Assembly: GCA_040954595.2 (NCBI GenBank)
Contig: CM082590.2
Span: 2,976,001-3,040,000 of the forward strand
Source: Balanoglossus misakiensis
Taxonomy: Eukaryota; Animalia; Hemichordata
Length of the DNA stretch: 64,000 bases
Direction: 5' to 3'
The position numbers and the translations under genes are program-made. Shown piece after piece: positions 1 through 15,000 of this stretch. Each line of letters opens with the position of its first letter. The first letter of the stretch is position 1. Below the pieces are notes generated by a model that was not told the origin of the DNA, made no database searches, and saw only the letters and a list, made by a program, of their open reading frames with translations.

Positions 1-3000
1 TTCTGTTGTGATGCGCAGAACACATATATAGGGCTATGCGCATAAGAAAGTTTTCCACCAGACTCCGTAGATCGACGGATAGTTGTAAAATTTCCATGGT
101 TGCTTCCAAACAGCCTCGTTTATTTACCGAATTCTGTTGTGAGGCGCAGAACACATAGATAGGCATATGTGCATAAGAAAGTTTTCCACTATAGACTCTG
201 TAGATCGAGAGATAGTTCTAAAATGTCCATGGTTGCTACCAAACACAGCCTCGTTTGTTTACAAAATTCTGTTGTGATGCGCAGAACACATAGATAGGCC
301 TATGCGCATATGAACGTTTTCCACCATACACTGTAGATCGAGAGATAGTTCTAAAACTTCCATGTTTGCTTCCAAACAGCCTCGTTTATTTGCGGAATTC
401 TGTTTTGAGGCGCAGAACACATAGATAGGCATATGTGAATAAGAAAGTTTTCCACTATAGACTCTGTAGATCGAGAGATAGTTGTAAAATTTCCATGGTT
501 GCTTCCAAACAGCCTCGTTTATTTACCGATTTCTGTTGTGAGGCGCAGAACACATAGATAGGCCTATGCGCATAAAAAACTTTTCAACTTTAGATCAACG
601 GATAGTTCTAAAATTTCCATGGTTGTTTCCAAACAGCCTCGTTTATTTACCGAATTCTGTTGTGATGCGTAGAACACATACATATGCCTATGCGCATAAG
701 AAAGTTTTCCACTAGACTCCGTAGATCGACGAATAGTTCTAAAATGTCCATGGTTGCTTCCAAACAAAGCCTGGTTTGTTTACAAAATTCTGCTGTGATG
801 CGCAGAACACATAGATAGGCCTATGCGCATATGAACGTTTTCCACTATACTCTGTAGATCGAGAGATAGTTCTAAAATTTCCATGTTTGCTTCCAAACAG
901 CCTCGTTTATTTACGGAATTCTGTTTTGAGGCGCAGAACACATAGATCGGCATATGTGCATAAGAAAGTTTTCCACTATAGACTCTGTAGATCGAGAGAT
1001 AGTTCTAAAATGTCCATGGTTGCTTCCAAACACAGCCTCGTTTGTTTACAAAATTCTGTTGTGATGCGCAGAACACATATATAGGCCTATGCGCATAATA
1101 ACGTTTTCCACTAGACTCTGTACATCGACGGATAGTTGTAAAATTTCCATGGTTGCTTCCAAACAGCCTCGTTTATTTACCGAATTCTGTTGTAAGGCAC
1201 AGAACACATAGATAGGCCTATGTGCATAAGAAAGTTTTCCACTATAGACTCTGTAGATCGAGAGATAGTTCTAAAATGTCCATGGTTGCTTCCAAACACA
1301 GCCTCGTTTGTTTACAAAATTCTGTTGTGATGCGCAGAACACATATATAGGCCTATGCGCATAATAACGTTTTCCACTAGACTCTGTAGATCGACGGATA
1401 GTTGTAAAATTTCCATGGTTGCTTCCAAACAGCCTCGTTTATTTACCGAATTCTGTTGTGAGGCGCAGAACACATAGATAGGCATATGTGCATAAGAAAG
1501 TTTTCCACTATAGACTCTGTAGATCGAGAGATAGTTCTAAAATGTCCATGGTTGCTACCAAACACAGCCTCGTTTGTTTACAAAATTCTGTTGTGATGCG
1601 CAGAACACATATATAGGCCTATGCGCATAAGAACGTTTCCACTAGACTCTGTAGATCGACGGATAGTTGTAAAATTTCCATGGTTGCTTCCAAACAGCCT
1701 CGTTTATTTACCGAATTCTGTTGTTAGGCGCAGAACACGTTATAGGCCTATGCGCATAAGAAAGTTTTCCACCAGACTCTGTAGATGGACTGATAGTTGT
1801 AAAATTTCCATGGTTGCTTCCAAACAGCCTCGTTTATTTACTGATTTCTGTTGTGAGGCGCAGAACACATGATAGGCCAATGCGCATAAGACATTTTTCC
1901 ACTAGACTCTGTAGATCGACGGATAGTTGTAAAATTTCCATGGTTGCTTCCAAACAACCTCGTTTGTTTACGAATTCTGTTGTGATGCGCAGAACACATA
2001 TATAGGCCTATGCGCATAAGAACGTTTTCCACTAGACTCTGTAGATCGAGAGATAGTTCTAAAATTTCCATGGTTGCTTCCAAACAGCCTCGTTTATTTA
2101 CCGAATTCTGTTGTGAGACGCAGAACACGTAATAGGCCTATGCGCATAAGAAAGTTTTCCACCAGACTCCGTAGATCGACGGATAGTTGTAAAATTTCCA
2201 TGGTTGCTTCCAAACAGCCTCGTTTATTTACCGAATTCTGTTGTGAGGCGCAGAACACATAGATAGGCATATGTGCATAAGAAAGTTTTCCACTATAGAC
2301 TCTGTAGATCGAGAGATAGTTCTAAAATGTCCATGGTTGCTACCAAACACAGCCTCGTTTGTTTACAAAATTCTGTTGTGATGCGCAGAACACATAGATA
2401 GGCCTATGCGCATATGAACGTTTTCCACTATACACTGTAGATCGAGAGATAGTTCTAAAACTTCCATGTTTGCTTCCAAACAGCCTCGTTTATTTGCGGA
2501 ATTCTGTTTTGAGGCGCAGAACACATAGATAGGCATATGTGAATAAGAAAGTTTTCCACTATAGACTCTGTAGATCGAGAGATAGTTGTAAAATTTCCAT
2601 GGTTGCTTCCAAACAGCCTCGTTTATTTACCGATTTCTGTTGTGAGGCGCAGAACACATAGATAGGCCTATGCGCATAAAAAACTTTTCAACTTTAGATC
2701 AACGGATAGTTCTAAAATTTCCATGGTTGTTTCCAAACAGCCTCGTTTATTTACCGAATTCTGTTGTGATGCGTAGAACACATACATATGCCTATGCGCA
2801 TAAGAAAGTTTTCCACTAGACTCTGTAGATCGACGAATAGTTCTAAAATGTCCATGGTTGCTTCCAAACAAAGCCTGGTTTGTTTACAAAATTCTGTTGT
2901 GATGCGCAGAACACATAGATAGGCCTATGCGCATATGAACGTTTTCCACTATACTCTGTAGATCGAGAGATAGTTCTAAAATTTCCATGTTTGCTTCCAA

Positions 3001-6000
3001 ACAGCCTCGTTTATTTACGGAATTCTGTTTTGAGGCGCAGAACACATAGATAGGCATATGTGCATAAGAAAGTTTTCCACTATAGACTCTGTACATCGAG
3101 AGATAGTTCTAAAATTTCCATGGTTGCTTCCAAACACAGCCTCGTTTGTTTACAAAATTCTGTTGTGATGCGCAGAACACATATATAGGCCTATGCGCAT
3201 AAGAACGTTTTCCACTAGACTCTGTAGATCGACGGATAGCTGTAAAATTTCCATGGTTGCTTCCAAACAGCCTCGTTTATTTACCGATTTCTGTTGTGAG
3301 GCGCAGAACACATGATAGGCCTATGCGCATGAGACATTTTTCCACTAGACTCTGTAGATCGACGGATAGTTGTAAAATTTCATGGTTGCTTCCAAATACA
3401 GCCTCGTTTATTTACCGATTTCTGTTGTGAGGCGCAGAACACATAGATAGGCCTATGTGCATAAGAAAGTTTTCCACTATAGACTCTGTAGATCGAGAGA
3501 TAGTTCTAAAATGTCCATGGTTGCTTCCAAACACAGCCTCGTTTGTTTACAAAATTCTGTTGTGATGCGCAGAACACATATATAGGCCTATGCGCATAAT
3601 AACGTTTTCCACTAGACTCTGTAGATCGACGGATAGTTGTAAAATTACCATGGTTGCTTCCAAACAGCCTCGTTTATTTACCGAATTCTGTTGTGAGGCG
3701 CAGAACACATAGATAGGCATATGTGCATAAGAAAGTTTTCCACTATAGACTCTGTAGATCGAGAGATAGTTCTAAAATGTCCATGGTTGCTTCCAAACAC
3801 AGCCTCGTTTGTTTACAAAATTCTGTTGTGATGCGCAGAACACATATATAGGCCTATGCGCATAATAACGTTTTCCACTAGACTCTGTACATCGACGGAT
3901 AGTTGTAAAATTTCCATGGTTGCTTCCAAACAGCCTCGTTTATTTACCGAATTCTGTTGTAAGGCACAGAACACATAGATAGGCCTATGTGCATAAGAAA
4001 GTTTTCCACTATAGACTCTGTAGATCGAGAGATAGTTCTAAAATGTCCATGGTTGCTTCCAAACACAGCCTCGTTTGTTTACAAAATTCTGTTGTGATGC
4101 GCAGAACACATATATAGGCCTATGCGCATAATAACGTTTTCCACTAGACTCTGTAGATCGACGGATAGTTGTAAAATTTCCATGGTTGCTTCCAAACAGC
4201 CTCGTTTATTTACCGAATTCTGTTGTGAGGCGCAGAACACATAGATAGGCATATGTGCATAAGAAAGTTTTCCACTATAGACTCTGTAGATCGAGAGATA
4301 GTTCTAAAATGTCCATGGTTGCTACCAAACACAGCCTCGTTTGTTTACAAAATTCTGTTGTGATGCGCAGAACACATATATAGGCCTATGCGCATAAGAA
4401 CGTTTCCACTAGACTCTGTAGATCGACGGATAGTTGTAAAATTTCCATGGTTGCTTCCAAACAGCCTCGTTTATTTACCGAATTCTGTTGTTAGGCGCAG
4501 AACACGTTATAGGCCTATGCGCATAAGAAAGTTTTCCACCAGACTCTGTAGATGGACTGATAGTTGTAAAATTTCCATGGTTGCTTCCAAACAGCCTCGT
4601 TCGTTTACTGATTTCTGTTGTGAGGCGCAGAACACATGATAGGCCAATGCGCATAAGACATTTTTCCACTAGACTCTGTAGATCGACGGATAGTTGTAAA
4701 ATTTCCATGGTTGCTTCCAAACAACCTCGTTTGTTTACGAATTCTGTTGTGATGCGCAGAACACATATATAGGCCTATGCGCATAAGAACGTTTTCCACT
4801 AGACTCTGTAGATCGAGAGATAGTTCTAAAATTTCCATGGTTGCTTCCAAACAGCCTCGTTTATTTACCGAATTCTGTTGTGAGACGCAGAACACGTAAT
4901 AGGCCTATGCGCATAAGAAAGTTTTCCACCAGACTCCGTAGATCGACGGATAGTTGTAAAATTTCCATGGTTGCTTCCAAACAGCCTCGTTTATTTACCG
5001 AATTCTGTTGTGAGGCGCAGAACACATAGATAGGCATATGTGCATAAGAAAGTTTTCCACTATAGACTCTGTAGATCGAGAGATAGTTCTAAAATGTCCA
5101 TGGTTGCTACCAAACACAGCCTCGTTTGTTTACAAAATTCTGTTGTGATGCGCAGAACACATAGATAGGCCTATGCGCATATGAACGTTTTCCACTATAC
5201 ACTGTAGATCGAGAGATAGTTCTAAAACTTCCATGTTTGCTTCCAAACAGCCTCGTTTATTTGCGGAATTCTGTTTTGAGGCGCAGAACACATAGATAGG
5301 CATATGTGAATAAGAAAGTTTTCCACTATAGACTCTGTAGATCGAGAGATAGTTGTAAAATTTCCATGGTTGCTTCCAAACAGCCTCGTTTATTTACCGA
5401 TTTCTGTTGTGAGGCGCAGAACACATAGATAGGCCTATGCGCATAAAAAAACTTTTCAACTTTAGATCAACGGATAGTTCTAAAATTTCCATGGTTGTTT
5501 CCAAACAGCCTCGTTTATTTACCGAATTCTGTTGTGATGCGTAGAACACATACATATGCCCATACGCATAAGAAAGTTTTCCACTAGACTCCGTAGATCG
5601 ACGAATAGTTCTAAAATGTCCATGGTTGCTTCCAAACACAGCCTCGTTTGTTTACAAAATTCTGTTGTGATGCGCAGAACACATATATAGGCCTATGCGC
5701 ATAATAACGTTTTCCACTAGACTCTGTAGATCGACGGATAGTTGTAAAATTTCATGGTTGCTTCCAAATACAGCCTCGTTTATTTACCGATTTCTGTTGT
5801 GAGGCGCAGAACACATAGATAGGCCTATGTGCATAAGAAAGTTTTCCACTATAGACGCTGTAGATCGAGAGATAGTTCTAAAATGTCCATGGTTGCTTCC
5901 AAACACAGCCTCGTTTGTTTACAAAATTCTGTTGTGATGCGCAGAACACATATATAGGCCTATGCGCATAATAACGTTTTCCACTAGACTCTGTAGATCG

Positions 6001-9000
6001 ACGGATAGTTGTAAAATTACCATGGTTGCTTCCAAACAGCCTCGTTTATTTACCGAATTCTGTTGTGAGGCGCAGAACACATAGATAGGCATATGTGCAT
6101 AAGAAAGTTTTCCACTATAGACTCTGTAGATCGAGAGATAGTTCTAAAATGTCCACGGTTGCTACCAAACACAGCCTCGTTTGTTTACAAAATTATGTTG
6201 TGATGCGCAGAACACATATATAGGCCTATGCGCATAAGAACGTTTCCACTAGACTCTGTAGATCGACGGATTGCTGTAAAATTTCATGGTTGCTTCCAAA
6301 TACAGCCTCGTTTATTTACCGATTTCTGTTGTGATGCGCATAACACATAGATAGGCCTATGCGCATAAGAACGTTTTACACTAGACTCTGTAGATCGACG
6401 GATAGTTGTACAATTTCCATGGTTGCTTCCAAACAGCTTCGTTTATTTACCGATTTCTGTTGTGAGGCGCAGAACACATGATAGGCCTATGCGCATGAGA
6501 CATTTTTCCACTAGACTCTGTAGATCGACGGATAGTTCTAAAAGTTCCATGGTTGCTTCCAAACAGCCTCGTTTATTTACCGAATTCTGTTGTGAGGCGC
6601 AGAGCACGTAATAGGCCTATGCGCATAAGAAAGTTTTCCACCAGACTCTGTAGATCGACGGATAGTTGTAAAATTTCCATGGTTGCTTCCAAACAGCCTC
6701 GTTTATTTACCGATTTCTGTTGTGATGCGCAGAACACATAGATAGGCATATGTGCATAATAAAGTTTTCCACTAGACTCTGTAGATCGAGAGATAGTTCT
6801 AAAATTTCCATGGTTGCTTCCAAACACAGCCTCGTTTGTTTACAAAATTCTGTTGTGATGCGCAGAACACATATATAGGCCTATGCGCATAATAACGTTT
6901 TCCACTAGACTCTGTAGATCGACGGATAGTTGTAAAATTTCCATGGTTGCTTCCAAACAGCCTCGTTTATTTACCGAATTCTGTTGTGAGGCGCAGAACA
7001 CATAGATAGGCATATGTGCATAAGAAAGTTTTCCACTATAGACTCTATAGATCGAGAGATAGTTCTAAAATGTCCATGGTTGCTTCCAAACACAGCCTCG
7101 TTTGTTTACAAAATTCTGTTGTGATGCGCAGAACACATATATAGGCCTATGCGCATAAGAACGTTTCCACTAGACTCTGTAGATCGACGGATAGCTGTAA
7201 AATTTCCATGGTTGCTTTTAAACAGCCTCGTTTATTTACCGATTCCTGTTGTGAGGCGCAGAACACATAGATAGGCATATGTGCATAAGAAAGTTTTCCA
7301 CTATAGACTCTGTAGATCGAGAGATAGTTCTAAAATGTCCATGGTTGCTACCAAACACAGCCTCGTTTGTTTACAAAATTCTGTTGTGATGCTCAGAACA
7401 CATATATAGGCCTATGCGCATAAGAACGTTTCCACTAGACTCTGTAGATCGACGGATAGCTGTAAAATTTCCATGGTTGCTTCCAAACAGCCTCGTTTAT
7501 TTACCGATTTCTGTTGTGAGGCGCAGAACACATGATAGGCCTATGCGCATGAGACATTTTTCCACTAGACTCTGTAGATCGACGGATAGTTGTAAAATTT
7601 CATGGTTGCTTCCAAATACAGCCTCGTTTATTTACCGATTTCTGTTGTGAGGCGCAGAACACATATATAGGCCTATGCGCATAAGAACGTTTCCACTAGA
7701 CTCTGTAGATCGACGGATGGCTGTAAAATTTCCATGGTTGCTTTTAAACAGCCTCGTTTATTTACCGATTCCTGTTGTGAGGCGCAGAACACATAGATAG
7801 GCATATGTGCATAAGAAAGTTTTCCACTATAGACTCTGTAGATCGAGAGATAGTTCTAAAATGTCCATGGTTGCTTCCAAACACAGCCTCGTTTGTTTAC
7901 AAAATTCTGTTGTGATGCGCAGAACACATATATAGGCCTATGCGCATAATAACGTTTTCCACTAGACTCTGTAGATCGACGGATAGTTGTAAAATTTCCA
8001 TGGTTGCTTCCAAACAGCCTCGTTTATTTACCGAATTCTGTTGTGAGGCGCAGAACACATAGATAGGCATATGTGCATAAGAAAGTTTTCCACTATAGAC
8101 TCTGTAGATCGAGAGATAGTTCTAAAATGTCCATGGTTGCTACCAAACACAGCCTCGTTTGTTTACAAAATTCTGTTGTGATGCGCAGAACACATATATA
8201 GGCCTATGCGCATAAGAACGTTTCCACTAGACTCTGTAGATCGACGGATAGCTGTAAAATTTCATGGTTGCTTCCAAATACAGCCTCGTTTATTTACCGA
8301 TTTCTGTTGTGATGCGCATAACACATAGATAGGCCTATGCGCATAAGAACGTTTTACACTAGACTCTGTAGATCGACGGATAGTTGTACAATTTCCATGG
8401 TTGCTTCCAAACAGCCTCGTTTATTTACCGATTTCTGTTGTGAGGCGCAGAACACATGATAGGCCTATGCGCATAAGAAAGTTTTCCACTATAGACTCTA
8501 TAGATCGAGAGATAGTTCTAAAATGTCCATGGTTGCTTCCAAACACAGCCTCGTTTGTTTACAAAATTCTGTTGTGATGCGCAGAACACATATATAGGCC
8601 TATGCGCATAAGAACGTTTCCACTAGACTCTGTAGATCGACGGATAGCTGTAAAATTTCCATGGTTGCTTTTAAACAGCCTCGTTTATTTACCGATTCCT
8701 GTTGTGAGGCGCAGAACACATAGATAGGCATATGTGCATAAGAAAGTTTTCCACTATAGACTCTGTAGATCGAGAGATAGTTCTAAAATGTCCATGGTTG
8801 CTACCAAACACAGCCTCGTTTGTTTACAAAATTCTGTTGTGATGCGCAGAACACATATATAGGCCTATGCGCATAAGAACGTTTCCACTAGACTCTGTAG
8901 ATCGACGGATAGCTGTAAAATTTCCATGGTTGCTTCCAAACAGCCTCGTTTATTTACCGATTTCTGTTGTGAGGCGCAGAACACATGATAGGCCTATGCG

Positions 9001-12000
9001 CATGAGACATTTTTCCACTAGACTCTGTAGATCGACGGATAGTTGTAAAATTTCATGGTTGCTTCCAAATACAGCCTCGTTTATTTACCGATTTCTGTTG
9101 TGAGGCGCAGAACACATAGATAGGCCTATGTGCATAAGAAAGTTTTCCACTATAGACTCTGTAGATCGAGAGATAGTTCTAAAATGTCCATGGTTGCTTC
9201 CAAACACAGCCTCGTTTGTTTACAAAATTCTGTTGTGATGCGCAGAACACATATATAGGCCTATGCGCATAATAACGTTTTCCACTAGACTCTGTAGATC
9301 GACGGATAGTTGTAAAATTTCCATGGTTGCTTCCAAACAGCCTCGTTTATTTACCGAATTCTGTTGTGAGGCGCAGAACACATAGATAGGCATATGTGCA
9401 TAATAACGTTTTCCACTAGACTCTGTAGATCGACGGATAGTTGTAAAATTTCCATGGTTGCTTCCAAACAGCCTCGTTTATTTACCGAATTCTGTTGTGA
9501 TGCGCAGAACACATAGATAGGCCTATGCGCATAATAACGTTTTCCACTAGACTCTGTAGATCGACGGATAGTTGTAAAATTTCCATGGTTGCTTCCAAAC
9601 AGCCTCGTTTATTTACCGAATTCTGTTGTGAGGCGCAGAACACATAGATAGGCATATGTGCATAAGAAAGTTTTCCACTATAGACTCTATAGATCGAGAG
9701 ATAGTTCTAAAATGTCCATGGTTGCTTCCAAACACAGCCTCGTTTGTTTACAAAATTCTGTTGTGATGCGCAGAACACATATATAGGCCTATGCGCATAA
9801 GAACGTTTCCACTAGACTCTGTAGATCGACGGATAGCTGTAAAATTTCCATGGTTGCTTTTAAACAGCCTCGTTTATTTACCGATTCCTGTTGTGAGGCG
9901 CAGAACACATAGATAGGCATATGTGCATAAGAAAGTTTTCCACTATAGACTCTGTAGATCGAGAGATAGTTCTAAAATGTCCATGGTTGCTACCAAACAC
10001 AGCCTCGTTTGTTTACAAAATTCTGTTGTGATGCGCAGAACACATATATAGGCCTATGCGCATAAAAACGTTTCCACTAGACTCTGTAGATCGACGGATA
10101 GCTGTAAAATTTCCATGGTTGCTTCCAAACAGCCTCGTTTATTTACCGATTTCTGTTGTGAGGCGCAGAACACATGATAGGCCTATGCGCATGAGACATT
10201 TTTCCACTAGACTCTGTAGATCGACGGATAGTTGTAAAATTTCATGGTTGCTTCCAAATACAGCCTCGTTTATTTACCGATTTCTGTTGTGAGGCGCAGA
10301 ACACATAGATAGGCCTATGTGCATAAGAAAGTTTTCCACTATAGACTCTGTAGATCGAGAGATAGTTCTAAAATGTCCATGGTTGCTTCCAAACACAGCC
10401 TCGTTTGTTTACAAAATTCTGTTGTGATGCGCAGAACACATATATAGGCCTATGCGCATAATAACGTTTTCCACTAGACTCTGTAGATCGACGGATAGTT
10501 GTAAAATTTCCATGGTTGCTTCCAAACAGCCTCGTTTATTTACCGAATTCTGTTGTGAGGCGCAGAACACATAGATAGGCATATGTGCATAAGAAAGTTT
10601 TCCACTATAGACTCTGTAGATCGAGAGATAGTTCTAAAATGTCCATGGTTGCTACCAAACACAGCCTCGTTTGTTTACAAAATTCTGTTGTGATGCGCAG
10701 AAGACATATATAGGCCTATGCGCATAAGAACGTTTCCACTAGACTCTGTAGATCGACGGATAGCTGTAAAATTTCATGGTTGCTTCCAAATACAGCCTCG
10801 TTTATTTACCGATTTCTGTTGTGATGCGCATAACACATAGATAGGCCTATGCGCATAAGAACGTTTTACACTAGACTCTGTAGATCGACGGATAGTTGTA
10901 CAATTTCCATGGTTGCTTCCAAACAGCCTCGTTTATTTACCGATTTCTGTTGTGAGGCGCAGAACACATGATAGGCCTATGCGCATAAGACATTTTTCCA
11001 CTAGACTCTGTAGATCGACGGATAGTTCTAAAAGTTCCATGGTTGCTTCCAAACAGCCTCGTTTATTTATCGAACTCTGTTGTGAGGCGCAGAGCACGTA
11101 ATAGGCCTATGCGCATCAGAAAGTTTTCCACCAGACTCTGTAGATCGACGGATAGTTGTACAATTTCCATGGTTGCTTCCAAACAGCCTCGTTTATTTAC
11201 CGATTTCTGTTGTGATGCGCAGAACACATAGATAGGCATATGTGCATAATAAAGTTTTCCACTAGACTCTGTAGATCGAGAGATAGTTCTAAAATTTCCA
11301 TGGTTGCTTCCAAACACAGCCTCGTTTGTTTACAAAATTCTGTTGTGATGCGCAGAACACATATATAGGCCTATGCGCATAATAACGTTTTCCACTAGAC
11401 TCTGTAGATCGACGGATAGTTGTAAAATTTCCATGGTTGCTTCCAAACAGCCTCGTTTATTTACCGAATTCTGTTGTGAGGCGCAGAACACATAGATAGG
11501 CATATGTGCATAAGAAAGTTTTCCACTATAGACTCTATAGATCGAGAGATAGTTCTAAAATGTCCATGGTTGCTTCCAAACACAGCCTCGTTTGTTTACA
11601 AAATTCTGTTGTGATGCGCAGAACACATATATTGGCCTATGCGCATAAGAACGTTTCCACTAGACTCTGTAGATCGACGGATAGCTGTAAAATTTCCATG
11701 GTTGCTTTTAAACAGCCTCGTTTATTTACCGATTCCTGTTGTGAGGCGCAGAACACATAGATAGGCATATGTGCATAAGAAAGTTTTCCACTATAGACTC
11801 TGTAGATCCAGAGATAGTTCTAAAATGTCCATGGTTGCTACCAAACACAGCCTCGTTTGTTTATAAAATTCTGTTGTGATGCGCAGAACACATATATAGG
11901 CCTATGCGCATAAGAACGTTTCCACTAGACTCTGTAGATCGACGGATAGCTGTAAAATTTCCATGGTTGCTTCCAAACAGCCTCGTTTATTTACCGATTT

Positions 12001-15000
12001 CTGTTGTGAGGCGCAGAACACATGATAGGCCTATGCGCATGAGACATTTTTCCACTAGACTCTGTAGATCGACGGATAGTTGTAAAATTTCATGGTTGCT
12101 TCCAAATACAGCCTCGTTTATTTACCGATTTCTGTTGTGAGGCGCAGAACACATAGATAGGCCTATGTGCATAAGAAAGTTTTCCACTATAGACTCTGTA
12201 GATCGAGAGATAGTTCTAAAATGTCCATGGTTGCTTCCAAACACAGCCTCGTTTGTTTACAAAATTCTGTTGTGATGCGCAGAACACATATATAGGCCTA
12301 TGCGCATAATAACGTTTTCCACTAGACTCTGTAGATCGACGGATAGTTGTAAAATTTCCATGGTTGCTTCCAAACAGCCTCGTTTATTTACCGAATTCTG
12401 TTGTGAGGCGCAGAACACATAGATAGGCATATGTGCATAAGAAAGTTTTCCACTATAGACTCTGTAGATCGAGAGATAGTTCTAAAATGTCCATGGTTGC
12501 TACCAAACACAGCCTCGTTTGTTTACAAAATTCTGTTGTGATGCGCAGAACACATATATAGGCCTATGCGCATAAGAACGTTTCCACTAGACTCTGTAGA
12601 TCGACGGATAGCTGTAAAATTTCATGGTTGCTTCCAAATACAGCCTCGTTTATTTACCGATTTCTGTTGTGATGCGCATAACACATAGATAGGCCTATGC
12701 GCATAAGAACGTTTTACACTAGACTCTGTAGATCGACGGATAGTTGTACAATTTCCATGGTTGCTTCCAAACAGCCTCGTTTATTTACCGATTTCTGTTG
12801 TGAGGCGCAGAACACATGATAGGCCTATGCGCATAAGACATTTTTCCACTAGACTCTGTAGATCGACGGATAGTTCTAAAAGTTCCATGGTTGCTTCCAA
12901 ACAGCCTCGTTTATTTATCGAATTCTGTTGTGAGGCGCAGAGCACGTAATAGGCCTATGCGCATCAGAAAGTTTTCCACCAGACTCTGTAGATCGACGGA
13001 TAGTTGTACAATTTCCATGGTTGCTTCCAAACAGCCTCGTTTATTTACCGATTTCTGTTGTGATGCGCAGAACACATAGATAGGCATATGTGCATAATAA
13101 AGTTTTCCACTAGACTCTGTAGATCGAGAGATAGTTCTAAAATTTCCATGGTTGCTTCCAAACACAGCCTCGTTTGTTTACAAAATTCTGTTGTGATGCG
13201 CAGAACACATATATAGGCCTATGCGCATAATAACGTTTTCCACTAGACTCTGTAGATCGACGGATAGTTGTAAAATTTCCATGGTTGCTTCCAAACAGCC
13301 TCGTTTATTTACCGAATTCTGTTGTGAGGCGCAGAACACATAGATAGGCATATGTGCATAAGAAAGTTTTCCACTATAGACTCTATAGATCGAGAGATAG
13401 TTCTAAAATGTCCATGGTTGCTTCCAAACACAGCCTCGTTTGTTTACAAAATTCTGTTGTGATGCGCAGAACACATATATAGGCCTATGCGAATAAGAAC
13501 GTTTCCACTAGACTCTGTAGATCGACGGATAGCTGTAAAATTTCCATGATTGCTTTTAAACAGCCTCGTTTATTTACCGATTTCTGTTGTGAGGCGCAGA
13601 ACACATAGATAGGCATATGTGCATAAGAAAGTTTTCCACTATAGACTCTGTAGATCGAGAGATAGTTCTAAAATGTCCATGGTTGCTTCCAAACACAGCC
13701 TCGTTTGTTTACAAAATTCTGTTGTGATGCGCAGAACACATATATAGGCCTATGCGCATAAGAACGTTTCCACTAGACTCTGTAGATCGACGGATAGCTG
13801 TAAAATTTCCATGGTTGCTTTTAAACAGCCTCGTTTATTTACCGATTTCTGTTGTGAGGCGCAGAACACATAGATAGGCATATGTGCATAAGAAAGTTTT
13901 CCACTATAGACTCTGTAGATCGAGAGATAGTTCTAAAATGTCCATGGTTGCTTCCAAACACAGCCTCGTTTGTTTACAAAATTCTGTTATGATGCGCAGA
14001 ACACATATATAGGCCTATGCGCATAAGATCGTTTCCACTAGACTCTGTAGATCGACGGATAGCTGTAAAATTTCCATGGTTGCTTTTAAACAGCCTCGTT
14101 TATTTACCGATTTCTGTTGTGAGGCGCAGAACACATAGATAGGCATATGTGCATAAGAAAGTTTTCCACTATAGACTCTGTAGATCGAGAGATAGTTCTA
14201 AAATGTCCATGGTTGCTTCCAAACACAGCCTCGTTTGTTTACAAAATTCTGTTATGATGCGCAGAACACATATATAGGCCTATGCGCATAAGAACGTTTC
14301 CACTAGACTCTGTAGATCGACGGATAGCTGTAAAATTTCCATGGTTGCTTTTAAACAGCCTCGTTTATTTACCGATTTCTGTTGTGAGGCGCAGAACACA
14401 TAGATAGGCATATGTGCATAAGAAAGTTTTCCACTATAGACTCTGTAGATCGAGAGATAGTTCTAAAATGTCCATGGTTGCTTCCAAACACAGCCTCGTT
14501 TATTTACCGATTTCTGTTGTGATGCGCATAACACATAGATAGGCCTATGCGCATAAGAACGTTTTCCACTAGACTCTGTAGATCGACGGATAGTTGTACA
14601 ATTTCCATGGTTGCTTCCAAACAGCATCGTTTATTTACCGAATTCTGTTGTGAGGCGCAGAACACGTAATAGGTCTATGCGCATAAGGAAGTTTTCCACC
14701 AGACTCTGTAGATCGACGGATAGTTGTAAAATTTCATGGTTGCTTCCAAATACAGCCTCGTTTATTTACCGATTTCTGTTGTGATGCGCATAACACATAG
14801 ATAGGCCTATGCGCATAAGAACGTTTTCCACTAGACTATGTAGATCGACGGATAGTTGTACAATTTCCATGGTTGCTTCCAAACAGCCTCGTTTATTTAC
14901 CGATTTCTGTTGTGAGGCGCAGAACACATGATAGGCCTATGCGCATAAGACATTTTTCCACTAGACTCTGTAGATCGACGGATAGTTCTAAAATTTCCAT

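Noticed and set aside
94-111. RFX X-box-like CCATGGTTGCTTCCAAAC
   Set aside because: Only a half-site matches and the position varies freely among monomers.
112-131. CENP-B box-like CCTCGTTTATTTAC(C/G)GAA
   Set aside because: Does not match TTCG-N4-A-N2-CGGG in spacing or key bases.
1-131. Monomer as 5S rRNA, tRNA/SINE, SL RNA or hammerhead ribozyme unit
   Set aside because: No A/B/C boxes, cloverleaf or CTGANGA..GAAA core seen on either strand.
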